DNA of 64,000 bases from the human T2T-CHM13v2.0 reference genome, Homo sapiens. The notes under the pieces were generated by a model. The model had not been told where the DNA came from. It was given only the letters and a program-made list of their open reading frames with translations, and made no database searches. Shown here piece by piece: positions 51,122 to 64,000 of the stretch. The translations under genes were made by a program, and so were the position numbers. Each line of letters starts with the position of its first letter. Within the stretch, counting starts at the first letter, position 1. Location: NCBI RefSeq assembly GCF_009914755.1, contig NC_060927.1. One strand, given 5' to 3'.

Positions 51122-51801
51122 TCAGCCGAGACAACCCCACCATCCACCAGGGACACCTGGATCTCCTGCCTTCTAACCTGATCCTCACTGTCAAAGCCTA
51201 TCGCTGTCTCCCTGCTGGCCCCTGAGGAGAGCGCTGAAAGAAGGCCTGCTGTTGTCCCCTCACACCACAGCAGCAAGCCTACACAGTGCGGTCAGCCTAT
51301 CTGCTGCCACAGGTGGAGCCCACAGCTCTCACATGCAATCACAAGATAAAGGAGCCTGAAAAGGCCTCTGTGTGGTTTCTCAAAGACAGACTTTTTCAGC
51401 TTCCGTCCCTTTCTGTCTCCTCTCATTCATGGAAAGAAAGACCTGTCACCAGGAGCCCTAGGGCTAGATGTCTGCTAGCTCCAAGCTGAGATTCCCAGGA
51501 GAGATGGGTTAGCAGCTGCACAGGGCCACAAGTCAGCTGCATTTCAGCTTCCCGTCCCCCGCAAGAGGGAGAGAGGTACTTCTCACACTGTACAGCCAAG
51601 GGAGATAAAGCTTACAGAGGTTTAATGATTTGGTAAAGAGCAACATCAGAAAGAACTGATTCTACAGCCCCAGCTCTTATTAGTGTCTGGCGTTCACTGT
51701 CAGAGAATCTTACCTCTCAACACCCTTCCCACACACCCCTTTCTTCCTCAAATTCTCTGGGCTGAGAAGTTTGTTCCTTCCAGGTCAAACCAAACAACTC
51801 A

Positions 51802-51939
<138 letters not shown>

Positions 51940-52843
51940 TCAGCCTCAAAAAGTTGTAATTTGGGACTTGCTTTTAGTGGCAGAAACATTTTAATAATAA
52001 AATAGATATACTTGTTTACATAATCTGTAATACTACCCTTCCTTTTTCCATTTTTCTTTAGACCTGAGCAAGCATAAACTTTAGATATGTAAAAAAACAT
52101 GCCATTTTAATAGAAAGACATTCCATGTTCATGGATAGAAAGACCCAATATTCTTAAGACGGCAATTCTCCCCAGACTGATCTACAGATTAAATCAATCC
52201 CTATCAAAATCCCAAGCGGTGTTTCTGTAGAAACTTAGAAATTAAGCCTAAAATTCATATGGAAATGCAAAGGACCCAAAAGAGCCAAAACAATTCTAAA
52301 AAACGAGAAAATGGGAGAACGTTTACTTTCCAATTTCAAATTTACAATAAATTGAAATTACTATAATCAAGACAGTGTGGTACTAGTATAAGAATATGGC
52401 CGGGCGCGGTGGCTCAAACCTGTAATTCCAGCACTTTGGGAGGCTGAGGCAGGTGGATCATGAGGTCAGGAGTTCAAGACCAGCCTGGCCAACATAGTGA
52501 AACCCCATCTCTACTAAAAATACAAAAAATTAGCTGGGAGGCAGAACTGCTTGAACCCAGGAGGCAGAGGTTGCAGTGAGTGGAGATAGCACCACTGCAC
52601 TCCAGTCTGGGCAACAGTGTGAGACTTTGTCTCGAAAAAAAAAAAGAATAGACACACACTGTAATGGAACAAAACTGAGTCCAGAAATAAACCCTTATTT
52701 GTAAGGTCAATTGCTTTTCAGCAAAGATACCAAGATAATTCAATGAAGAAAGATAATCGTTTCAACAAATGGCGCTGGGATAACTGGCTATCTATATGCT
52801 AAATAGGTGAATTTAGACTTTTACCCACAACATTAAAATTTTA

Positions 52844-52981
<138 letters not shown>

Positions 52982-53303
52982 TCAAAATGGATTTGAGACC
53001 TAAATGTAAGCACTCAAACTTAAAACTTCTAGAGGAGAACACAGGAGAAAATTGTCATGACCTTACCTAGGCAAGTATATTTTGGAGATGACATTAAAAA
53101 ACATAATCCATAAAAGAAAAAAAACTCTATAAATTGAAAAATCAAAATTAAAAACTTTTACAGTTCAGGAGTCACCATAACCCACAGTCTGGGAGAAAAT
53201 ATTTATAATGCATATATCTGATAAAGGACTTATATCCAGAATATATAAAAAACTCACAACTCAATAAGACAATCCAACTAATAAAATGGGCAAAATATCT
53301 GAA

Positions 53304-53739
53304 TATATTAGTTCATTCTCTCACATTGCTATAAAGAAATACCTGAGACTGAGTAATTTATAGAGAAAAGAGGCTTAATTGGCTCATGGTTCTGCAGGAT
53401 GTACAGGAAGCACAGCAGCTTCTGCTTCTGGGGAGGCCTCAGGAAGCTTCCAATCATGGCAGAAGGCAAAGGGGGAGCAAGGAGTCTCACATGGTGGAAG
53501 CAGGAGCAAGAAAGAGAAGGGGGAGGTGCCACACACTTTTAAACAGCCAGATCGCAAGAGAACTCACTACCACAGACCACAGTACCAAAGCGGATGGTGC
53601 TAAACCATTCATGAGAAACCGCCCCCACGGTGACTAGGACTCGTACTCCCATGGAGCAGGCCCATCACACCCTACCTCAATATTGGGAATTATAACTGAA
53701 CATGAGATTTGGGTGGGGACACAGACCCAAACCACATCA
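53304..53739 (-). mobile_element. MST-family (ERVL-MaLR) solo LTR
   Basis: Minus strand begins TGATGTGGTTTGGGTCTGTGTCCCCACCC; imperfect TSD CTGAA/ATGAA. Confidence 0.9.
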
Positions 53740-54354
53740 ATGAATAAACATTTAACTAAATTTTTGTAAAGAGCTAATAATAAGCATACGAAATGATGAG
53801 ATCTCAATGAGTCACTAGGAAAATGCAACTTAAACCACAACAAGATATGCAAATGGCTAAAATTTTAAAAGCACAGACAATACCAAGTGCTAGTGAGGAT
53901 GCGGAGTAACAGGAACTCTCATAGGTCGCTAGTAGAAATGCAAAATATTACTGCCACATTAGCCAGTGAGTTAAGACAAAACACAAAAGATTGGAAAAGA
54001 AGTATAACTGTCTTTATTTGCAGATGACATTATTACAGTGCGTGTAGAAAATCCTAAGGAATCTAGAAAATAAAAACTACTGGAAATAAGTGAATTTAGG
54101 ATAGAAAGCACCTGCACTCAACCTCGGCAACAGTGAGACTCCGTCTTTTAAAAAAAAATTTTTTAAATGATAAACTGAATTAATCAAAATTGAAATTTCT
54201 GCTCTTCAAAAGACACCACTAAGAAAATGAAAAGCAGGCCACAGAGAAAACAGTCACAAGACATTATCTCCAACAAAGGAAATGCACCCAGAACACATAA
54301 AGAACTCGACAAGAAAGCAGCCCGTTTTTTTTTTTTTTTAATGGAAAAGCTTCA

Positions 54355-55249
<895 letters not shown>

Positions 55250-56308
55250 ACAATATCAGCATGAGCGAGGACGCGCAGCTGCTGGAACTCCACCCTGTGA
55301 CTGGAGTGCAACACGGCACAATCGCTTTGGAAAGGCGGTGCCTGAGAACCTTAAATACATAACTGCTCTGTGACCTGGCAGTTGCACTCAGGTATACCCC
55401 CAGGAGGCCTGAATGCCTCTGTCCACAGATAGAGACCTGCGCAGCCTACACACACGTTTACTGTAGCTTTCTTCTTGGCAGCCAGGAGGCCCACCACTCA
55501 AACCTCCCTTCAAGCAAGGACCTCCCAGGAGTTGCCGCTGAGCTGACAGCCCTGTGGAGTACTGCTGGGATCTGCGCAGCACTTGGGCAGCCCGTGCTCT
55601 CCCTGGCCGGGGCCTAGGGTCTGGCCTTCACAACCCAACACAAGGCTAGAATGTCCCGCTGCGCTGGCCAACGCTCCCAGAGCTGCGTCGTCCTCACCTG
55701 TAGTTCTGGCAACCTTCCCTGCCCGGCCTCCTCACTCTCCTGGTTTCTTTCAAGGTCTTCTCTCTCATAAATCTCATACTTCTAACTCTCTCGGCATCTT
55801 ACAAAAATCTAAAGGGTCATCAACAGGTAAGTGGACACACTGTGGTACATTCACAGAATGGAATACTACCCAGCCAGAAGCAGCAAAAACCACGAAACAT
55901 GTAACCTGGGTGAATCTCAAAACATGAGTAAAAGACACCAGGCTCAAGGGAACACATACTGTGAGATTCTAGTTACATGACATTCTAAAACAAAATGCAT
56001 CTATAGTGAAAGAAGGGATAACGGGTTGCCTCTGGTGGAAGGGAAATTAACCAGAAAGTGGCACTAAGGAACTTCCTGCAGTGCTGGGGCATTCTGCATC
56101 TTGGGGCATGTACGTAAGTGTACAGGTATATAACAACGGCCAGTACCCATCCAGTTGCACGTGCTACTTGGGTGTGCCATTACCAGCAAACTGAAGTAAA
56201 TTGCACCTCAATAGTTGGTTTTAAAAACACAAGCAAAGCTCACATGCACAAACTGCCACAGGGCCACCCTTCCAACCTTGCCTGTTGTCCTGTTTCTCAC
56301 AGTACTAA

Positions 56309-56911
<603 letters not shown>

Positions 56912-57627
56912 CTAATCTTTTGTTAAAATTTCTTGTTCATTCTGTCTCCCTCTGCTGGATATAATCTCCACGAGGGCAGCAGAAATCTTTGTGTGGCTTC
57001 CTGACATCCCAGCCTCCGGACCAGCACCTGGTCCTAGGGAACATGTGTTACATATTGGTGGAATGAATGAAAAAACATGGTCATTTTGTTTCCTGAAGCA
57101 TTTCCCAACCTACACTTCATTTGATTCTCATAGCCATGTAAGGCAGACATTTTGCCTTCAGGTGACAAATTTTAAAATGGGTCTGTTACTTGCTCAGGAT
57201 CAAAGTGTCTGAGAGCTGGGCCAGAACAGCTGCCCTCCTCGTTTTCCAGCGTGGAGCCAAACTTAATGGAATAAACATCACTTAGCGCCTGGTCCAAACA
57301 TGAACAGCATCGTGTAAGTGCACGCAGTCCTCAGAGGACACACACAGCACCGAGACAGAGGGGTTCTGGGGGCATGTGGGAGGTCACTCTAGGATGCAGG
57401 GAAGGCTTCCTAGAAGTGGTGCCCATACTGAGCCCTGAAGAATTTTTTTTTTTTTTTTTTCAGTTAAATAAGCAAACGCAGGTAGAAATGGGATTCCAGG
57501 CCAGGAACAATCTTGAGCAAAGGCATCACAGCCTGGTGTGACAAGGGACTTTGGAAAAATTACCCCCATGGTGTGAGGCAGAGGGTAAGAAGAGGTGAGG
57601 CTGGAGAGGGAAAGAGTCCAGACCTCA

Positions 57628-57921
<294 letters not shown>

Positions 57922-58653
57922 CTATGAAACAGAGTTTTTAGCCTGAAATTTTATGCGTGGGTATTTTTCTAGGGAGAAAGCCCAGCATTTTCATCAGATT
58001 CTCAGAGGACCCAAAAAGGCTGAGAAAAAACTCGCAGGGATCCTCTTAGAAGATTCCCTGAATGGCGTGGGGACCCCTGGGCAGGCATCTGAGGGGAAAG
58101 AAATCTGTATCCCAACCTGTACTGCAAGCTAACCTAACACCAATGCCAAAGCACCACTGAAAATGAAACCATGAAAGGTACTACGTCGTGATTTGTGTCG
58201 TGAAGACAAGGTGTAAACATGAGTGGCAGTTCATGGAGCTGTATACTTACAGGTGTGCACCGTATCTAGGTTATACCACAATTTTAAAATAATGAGACCA
58301 ATGTATTCACACATGGGGGAACAGTTTTACAATTGAGGAGTGGAGGAACACCTTTAAACTTAGAAGATTTAAACAGATTTATACTCCAGAGGAAAAAAAA
58401 AGGCCTTGCAAAAAAAAAAAAAATGCATAATCATAGTATTCTATTTGGCTCAATTGTGTACAGCATTTACAAAGTAATATTAATCTGAACGCTGAATATC
58501 GTCCTGTACAAAATTTGGAATAATGATACTGGGAGGAGTGGGTGGAAGAGTATGGAGGTTTGGGGGGTGAGAAGTAACAATGGTGGTGAGAGACATTCCA
58601 TAGTGACAAGTCCACAGATAACACCTAAAGCTAAAAATCAACAAGTAGCTCTC

Positions 58654-59317
58654 AGCTGGGTGCAGTGGCTCACACCTGTAATCCCAGCACTTTGGGAAGC
58701 CCAGGCAGGAAGACTGCTTGAGCTCAGGAGTTTGAGACCAGCCTGGGCAATATAGGGAGACCCTGTCTCTATAAAAAAATTAAAAATTAGCTGGGCATAG
58801 TGGTACATGCTGGTGGTCCCAGCTACTTGGGAGGCTGAGGCAAGAGGATCGCTTAAGCCCGGGAGTTTGAGGTTGCAGTGAGCCAGAGCTGTGATTGCAC
58901 CACATTCCAGTCTAGGCGACAGAGCAAGGTCCTCTCTCAAAAAAAAAAAAAAAAAAAGAAAAGTGGCTCTCTGAGGATGTTATTTAACTATATGGGTATA
59001 AGACTCAAATTAAATAGTTAAGCCGCCGGGCGCGGTGGCTCATGCCTGTAATCCCAGCACTTTGGGAGGCCGAGGCGGGTGGATCACGAGGTCAGGAGAT
59101 CGAGACCATCCTGGCTAACACGGTGAAATGCCGTCTCTACTAAAAATACAAAAAATTAGCCGGCGTGGTGGCGGGCACTTGTAGTCCCAGCTACTCAGGA
59201 GGCTGAGGCAGGAGAATGGTGTGAATCCAGGAGGCAGAGCTTGCAGTGAGCCGAGATCGCGCCACTGCACTCTAGCCTGGGTGACAGAGCAAGACTCCAT
59301 CTCAAAAAATAAATAAA
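58654..59317 (+). mobile_element. AluJ (58654-58962) and AluY (59025-59317)
   Basis: The AluY has a perfect TSD TAAATAGTTAAGCC (59011-59024, 59318-59331). Confidence 0.9.
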
Positions 59318-59597
59318 TAAATAGTTAAGCCTTGAAAACTGCTGCCTCTAGGGGAGGAATAGAGGCCTTGGAGACCCTCACAGCACACAGACCTGGGAGC
59401 TCAAAGGCTGAATTTACCTTCCAGGGCGTAGCAGGCCTCTGATCAGTTCCCACCCCACTGCAGAGTATCCCAGTGTCACAGAACTTTTTACAAATAAACT
59501 AGGACATAGCCAGGTGAGACGTTCCCATACTTTACTAGGACAGAAATGCAACAGAGATCTTAAAATGGTTCTTGCTGAAACACAAGATGAAAGTTAA

Positions 59598-61476
59598 GTC
59601 CCTCTCTCTCTCCCTCTGCCTCTCCGTCTCCCTCTCCCCACGGTCTCCCTCTCCCTCTTTCCACGGTCTCCCTCTGATGCCGAGCCGAAGCTGGACTGTA
59701 CTGCTGCCATCTCGGCTCACTGCAACCTCCCTGCCTGATTCTCCTGCCTCAGCCTGCCCAGCGCCTGCGATTGCAGGCGCGCGCTGCCACGCCTGACTGG
59801 TTTTCGTATTTTTTTGGTGGAGACGGGGTTTCGCTGTGTTGGCCGGGCTGGTCTCCAGCTCCTAACCGCGAGTGATCCGCCAGCCTCGGCCTCCAGAGGT
59901 GCCGGGATTGCAGACGGTGTCTGGTTCACTCAGTGCTCAATGGTGCCCAGGCTGGAGTGCAGTGGCATGATCTCGGCTCGCTATAGCCTCCACCTCCCAG
60001 CCGCCTGCCTTGGCCTCCCAAAGTGTCCAGAGTGCAGCCTCTGCCCGGCCACCACCCCGTCTGGGAAGTGAGGAGCGTCTCTGCCTGGCCGCCCATCATC
60101 TGGGATGTGAGGAGCCCCTCTGCCTGGCTGCCCAGCCTGGAAAGTGAGGAGCGTCTCTGCCCGGCCGCCCATCGTCTGAGATGTGGGGAGCGCCTTTGCC
60201 CCGCCGCCCCATCTGGGATGTGAGGAGCGCCTCTGCCCGGCCGCGACCCCGTCTGGGAGGTGAGGAGCATCTCTGCCCAGCCACCCCGTCTGAGAAGGGA
60301 GGAGACCCTCCGCCCGGCAGCCGCCCTGTCTGAGAAGTGAGGAGCCCCTCCGCCCGGCAGCCGCCCCGTCTGAGAAGTGAGGAGCCCCTCCGCCCGGCAG
60401 CCGCCCCGTCTGGGAAGTGAGGAGCGTCTCCGCCCGGCAGCCGCCCCGTCCGGGAGGGAGTTGGGGGTCAGCCCCCGCCAGGCCAGCCGCCCCGTCTGGG
60501 AGGGAGGTAGGGGGCTCAGCCGCCCGGCCAGCCGCCCCATCCGGGAGGGAGGTGGGGGGGTCAGCCCCCCGCCCGGCCAGCCGCCCCGTCTGGGAGGTGA
60601 GGGGCACCTCTGCCTGGCCGCCCCTAATGGGAAGTGAGGAGCCCCTCTGCCCGGCCAGCCGCCCCGTCCGGGAGGGAGGTCAGGGGGTCAGCCCCCCGCC
60701 CGGCCAGCCGCCCCGTCCAGGAGGTGAGGGGGCGCCTCTGCCCGGCCGCCCCTACTGGGAAGTGAGGAGCCCCTCTGCCCGGCCAGCCGCCCCGTCCGGG
60801 AGGGAGGTGGGGGGTCAGCCCCCCGCCCGGCCAGCCGCCCCATCCGGGAGGGAGGTGGGGGGGGGTCAGCCCCCTGCCCGGCCAGCCGCCCCGTCCAGGA
60901 GGTGAGGGGCGCCTCTGCCCGGCCGCCCCTACTGGGAAGTGAGGAGCCCCTCTGCCCGGCCACCACCCCATCTGGGAGGTGTGCCCAACAGCTCATTGAG
61001 AACGGGCCATGATGACAATGGCAGTTTTGTGGAATAGAAAGGGGGGAAAGGTGGGGAAAAGATTGAGAAATCGGATGGTTGCCGTGTCTGTGTGGAAAGA
61101 GGTAGACATGGGAGACTTTTCATTTTGTTCTGTACTAAGAAAAATTCTTCTGCCTTGGGATCCTGTTGATCTGTGACCTTACCCCCAACCCTGTGCTCTC
61201 TGAAACATGTGCTGTGTCCACTCAGGGTTAAATGGATTAAGGGCGGTACAAGATGTGCTTTGTTAAACAGATGCTTGAAAGCAGCATGCTCGTTAAGAGT
61301 CATCACCACTCCCTAATCTCAAGTACCCAGGGACACAAACACTCTGCCTAGGAAAACCAGAGACCTTTGTTCACTTGTTTATCTGCTGACCTTCCCTCCA
61401 CTATTGTCCTATGACCCTGCCAAATCCCCCTCTGCGAGAAACACCCAAGAATGATCAATTGAAAAAAAAAAAAAAA
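59598..61476 (+). mobile_element. Near full-length SVA retrotransposon (SVA_D-like) in MRPS25 intron 1, antisense to MRPS25
   Basis: Short CCCTCT hexamer head, Alu-like region ~59640-60035, GC-rich VNTR ~60036-60985, SINE-R ~60986-61460, A15 tail; TSD GAAAGTTAA at 59589-59597 and 61477-61485. Confidence 0.96.
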
Positions 61477-63434
61477 GAAAGTTAATAATGGCAGGAACCT
61501 TGAGTTGAGCAACTGCTGTATATGCCAGACACTTTGCTAGGCACCTGACTCTCCAACCCCAGAAGGTGGGGTTTTACAATTTAAGGAAACTAAGGTCAGA
61601 AGTTAAGTAAACTGCCCCAGGTCTAACTGGGCTGATTAGTCTGGCCTTCGATCACACTGTTCTGTCACCATCAAATTCACCCTGAGGCTTGGGGACCACT
61701 TGTTCAGGGTAGAACACCTGGCAGAGGTGAGTAAGGACTTGGCCCTCAAATACTAAATAAGGCACCTTCCCATTGCCCCCAGCAGGTACCCAAAGACTGG
61801 CTGGACCGGTCGCAGGCACTTGGGATGGAGGTAGGTCCCAGTGGGGCAGCTGAAGGGCTGAGGGCACATGAACAAACAAGGGCTGGGGATTGGGGGAGGA
61901 CTGCGGCTAGCCAGAGCAAGGCAGACAGACTCCAACCCACGGGTACAAGATCACAGAGGGCACAGGTGGCACAGGCCAGCCCCTACCACCAGGAACAAAG
62001 AAACAGTGAATGGCTGTTTGTATCCCATTTACCTAGAGGACATTAAAATATCTGAGAATGTAAGTAAGAGGCTCACAGGCTTATTTTGATTGGCTGGCCA
62101 TTTAAAAGCCAGAGATTTACATAAAAACCTAGATTTCAGCTTCTTGACAAATGAGAAATTCTCCACGGAGCCCACAATGCCAAACAGTGAAGGGCCCTCT
62201 GGATAGGGCATGTGCTCTCCAGCTCGCTGCGGGCCGCACCGAGACCCCCACCCCTTCCCATTATCTGCCTGGCAGTTGCCCGGGGACAAAGGTGTGCACA
62301 GTTGTGCAGTAGGTTATGAAGGAGTATCTGGGTGCCCATACACCCTAAGACCAAGACCAAGTCTTCCAGGAAGCCATCAAGCCAGCTGATTCCAGGCAAG
62401 CAGGTCCAAGTTATCAGATTCACCTGCGCAGAGCAAATGGCTAGGAAGCGGCTTCCGGATCTCTTGAAGGGCCATGCAGTGAAGGTCCGTCACCAAGGGG
62501 ACCATGCCCCACAAGAAGTTGCTCCCCGCCCCCACGCCTCATTTTGATCCAACATACACCCAAGTCCCAAAGTTTCTGCGGGCTAAGGCTGCCTCCTCCA
62601 TCACTGCTGAACTCCCAGCACACAGCACACAGCCTAGCACTCAGAGTGTACTCAATAAATGTAGACTTCATACCTGCAGAGCCTAAGGCACTGCTTAGGG
62701 CTGCCTCAGGGTCAATCCAAACCTTTCACTTGCCAACTGCCATTCAATGAGTCCCTACTCTGCTCCAAGCTGAAAGACATCCTAGGCGTTCCCTACAGTT
62801 CCTTCTAGTCGGGGTAGGGTCTGCCGCTGCACAGCTGACATAATTAATCACTTCCTTCCAAACCTTGAGTCCCGAAGGAAGCGGCCACACTGCCCGGCTC
62901 ACCGCTCACCGGCTGGCATGGTGTCTCGTGGAGCTGCAAGTTACTTAACCTCTCTGTGCGCTTCCCCAGCCTTAGAGTGGGGATAAGCTGGGGTTTCTCT
63001 AGGCATCAGAAAAAAGAAAGCGCGAGAAGCATTCAGAACTGTGCGAGATATGATCAGTGTTCGCCGCTGTTATTTCTCTCATTTTATCCTCAGATTCGTC
63101 CTGGGGTGTCACCCCCGTCACCCCGAAAGGATCTGCGGCTGCCCCTCCCCAGCGCTTGCCTTGCTGGCCAGAGGGGCCAAGGGAACTGGTGGCCTCCCTC
63201 GGGTCAGCCTCGCCCACCGCGCCGGAGGAAGGAGATCCAGGAGTGGGGTTCTTGTCCTCCGCCCCCCAAACCTCGTCACGACTGCAGCCGGCCCGGCGGG
63301 GGCCCCGCCGTCCGCCTCAGTCTGGACCTCTGTAAAATGGGGGTAACAGCGCCGACCTGGGGGGCCCGCCCCGGGGATGAACGGCCGCCCAGAGCGACTC
63401 GGGACCTCACGTTACCAGCAGGCTGGCACGACTA

Positions 63435-63668
<234 letters not shown>

Positions 63669-63775
63669 CTAGCTAGCACCCGCGCGGATCTCACGCGGCT
63701 TCTCCCCAGAGCCAGGTTCCACTTCCCGCGCAGACGCACAGGAGACGCTTCCCGGCGGGCAGCGCACGCCGCGGA

Positions 63776-63794
63776 GCACTCTGGGACTTGTAGG
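63776..63794 (-). promoter_or_regulatory. ZNF143/SBS-type promoter motif CCTACAAGTCCCAGAGTGC
   Basis: Close match to ACTACAnnTCCCAnnnTGC, ~170 nt upstream of the MRPS25 ATG. Confidence 0.7.
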
Positions 63795-64000
63795 CGGCCT
63801 TCGACCCGGCGCGGCGAGAACCGGTGTGTGCAGCTTCGCTTTAGGACGCCTTCCCCTTGGAAGGTTTAGGTTGTCGCGTCCTGTAAATTAGTCATTTCCC
63901 CATCCACCCACGGGAAAATATTTTTACATAGGCTAAAAGTCAGACATTGCAATAAGAAATAATCAGGAAAGCTCAGTTTGGATACCAAGTCAGCTGATAA

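Noticed and set aside
60036-60985. Regularly spaced ~40-bp repeats superficially like a CRISPR array
   Set aside because: No unique spacers; this is the SVA VNTR in a mammalian locus.
59572-61309. Long overlapping ORFs (up to 208 aa) on both strands
   Set aside because: They lie in the GC-rich SVA VNTR and Alu-like region; these are stop-poor repeat translations, not genes.
61724-61732. Perfect + strand donor GAG|GTGAGT downstream of the SVA
   Set aside because: Isolated 9-mer with no identifiable partner exon; cannot support an antisense transcript by itself.

Overview
Hominid, almost certainly human, genomic DNA with two convergent protein-coding genes. On the + strand are all 14 coding exons of the orphan nuclear receptor NR2C2 (TR4). 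They splice at GT-AG sites into 1848 nt, giving 615 aa with the 57-nt cassette exon or 596 aa without it. A ~6.2-kb 3' UTR follows and ends near 47630. The NR2C2 promoter and first exon lie upstream of the window. On the - strand is the complete 4-exon MRPS25 gene (mitoribosomal mS25, 522 nt = 173 aa) with its CpG-island promoter at ~63-64 kb; its long 3' UTR probably overlaps the end of the NR2C2 3' UTR. The introns hold about 50 Alu-family elements, old L1/MIR fragments, three MaLR solo LTRs, a Tigger-type DNA transposon, a near full-length SVA in MRPS25 intron 1 and a 31-nt tailless U2 snRNA retrocopy. I found no new gene or unknown system. The best leads are regulatory: (1) a QKI/SF1-motif cluster upstream of a cassette exon that breaks one of four repeated IQI[IV] motifs in the TR4 N-terminus; (2) a pre-miRNA-sized hairpin in the NR2C2 3' UTR; (3) a poly(A)-site-dependent sense/antisense overlap with an interlocked bidirectional poly(A) signal; (4) a candidate poison exon in the antisense SVA. 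Exon coordinates were checked by frame and phase arithmetic. Repeat boundaries and subfamily names were read by eye and are approximate.
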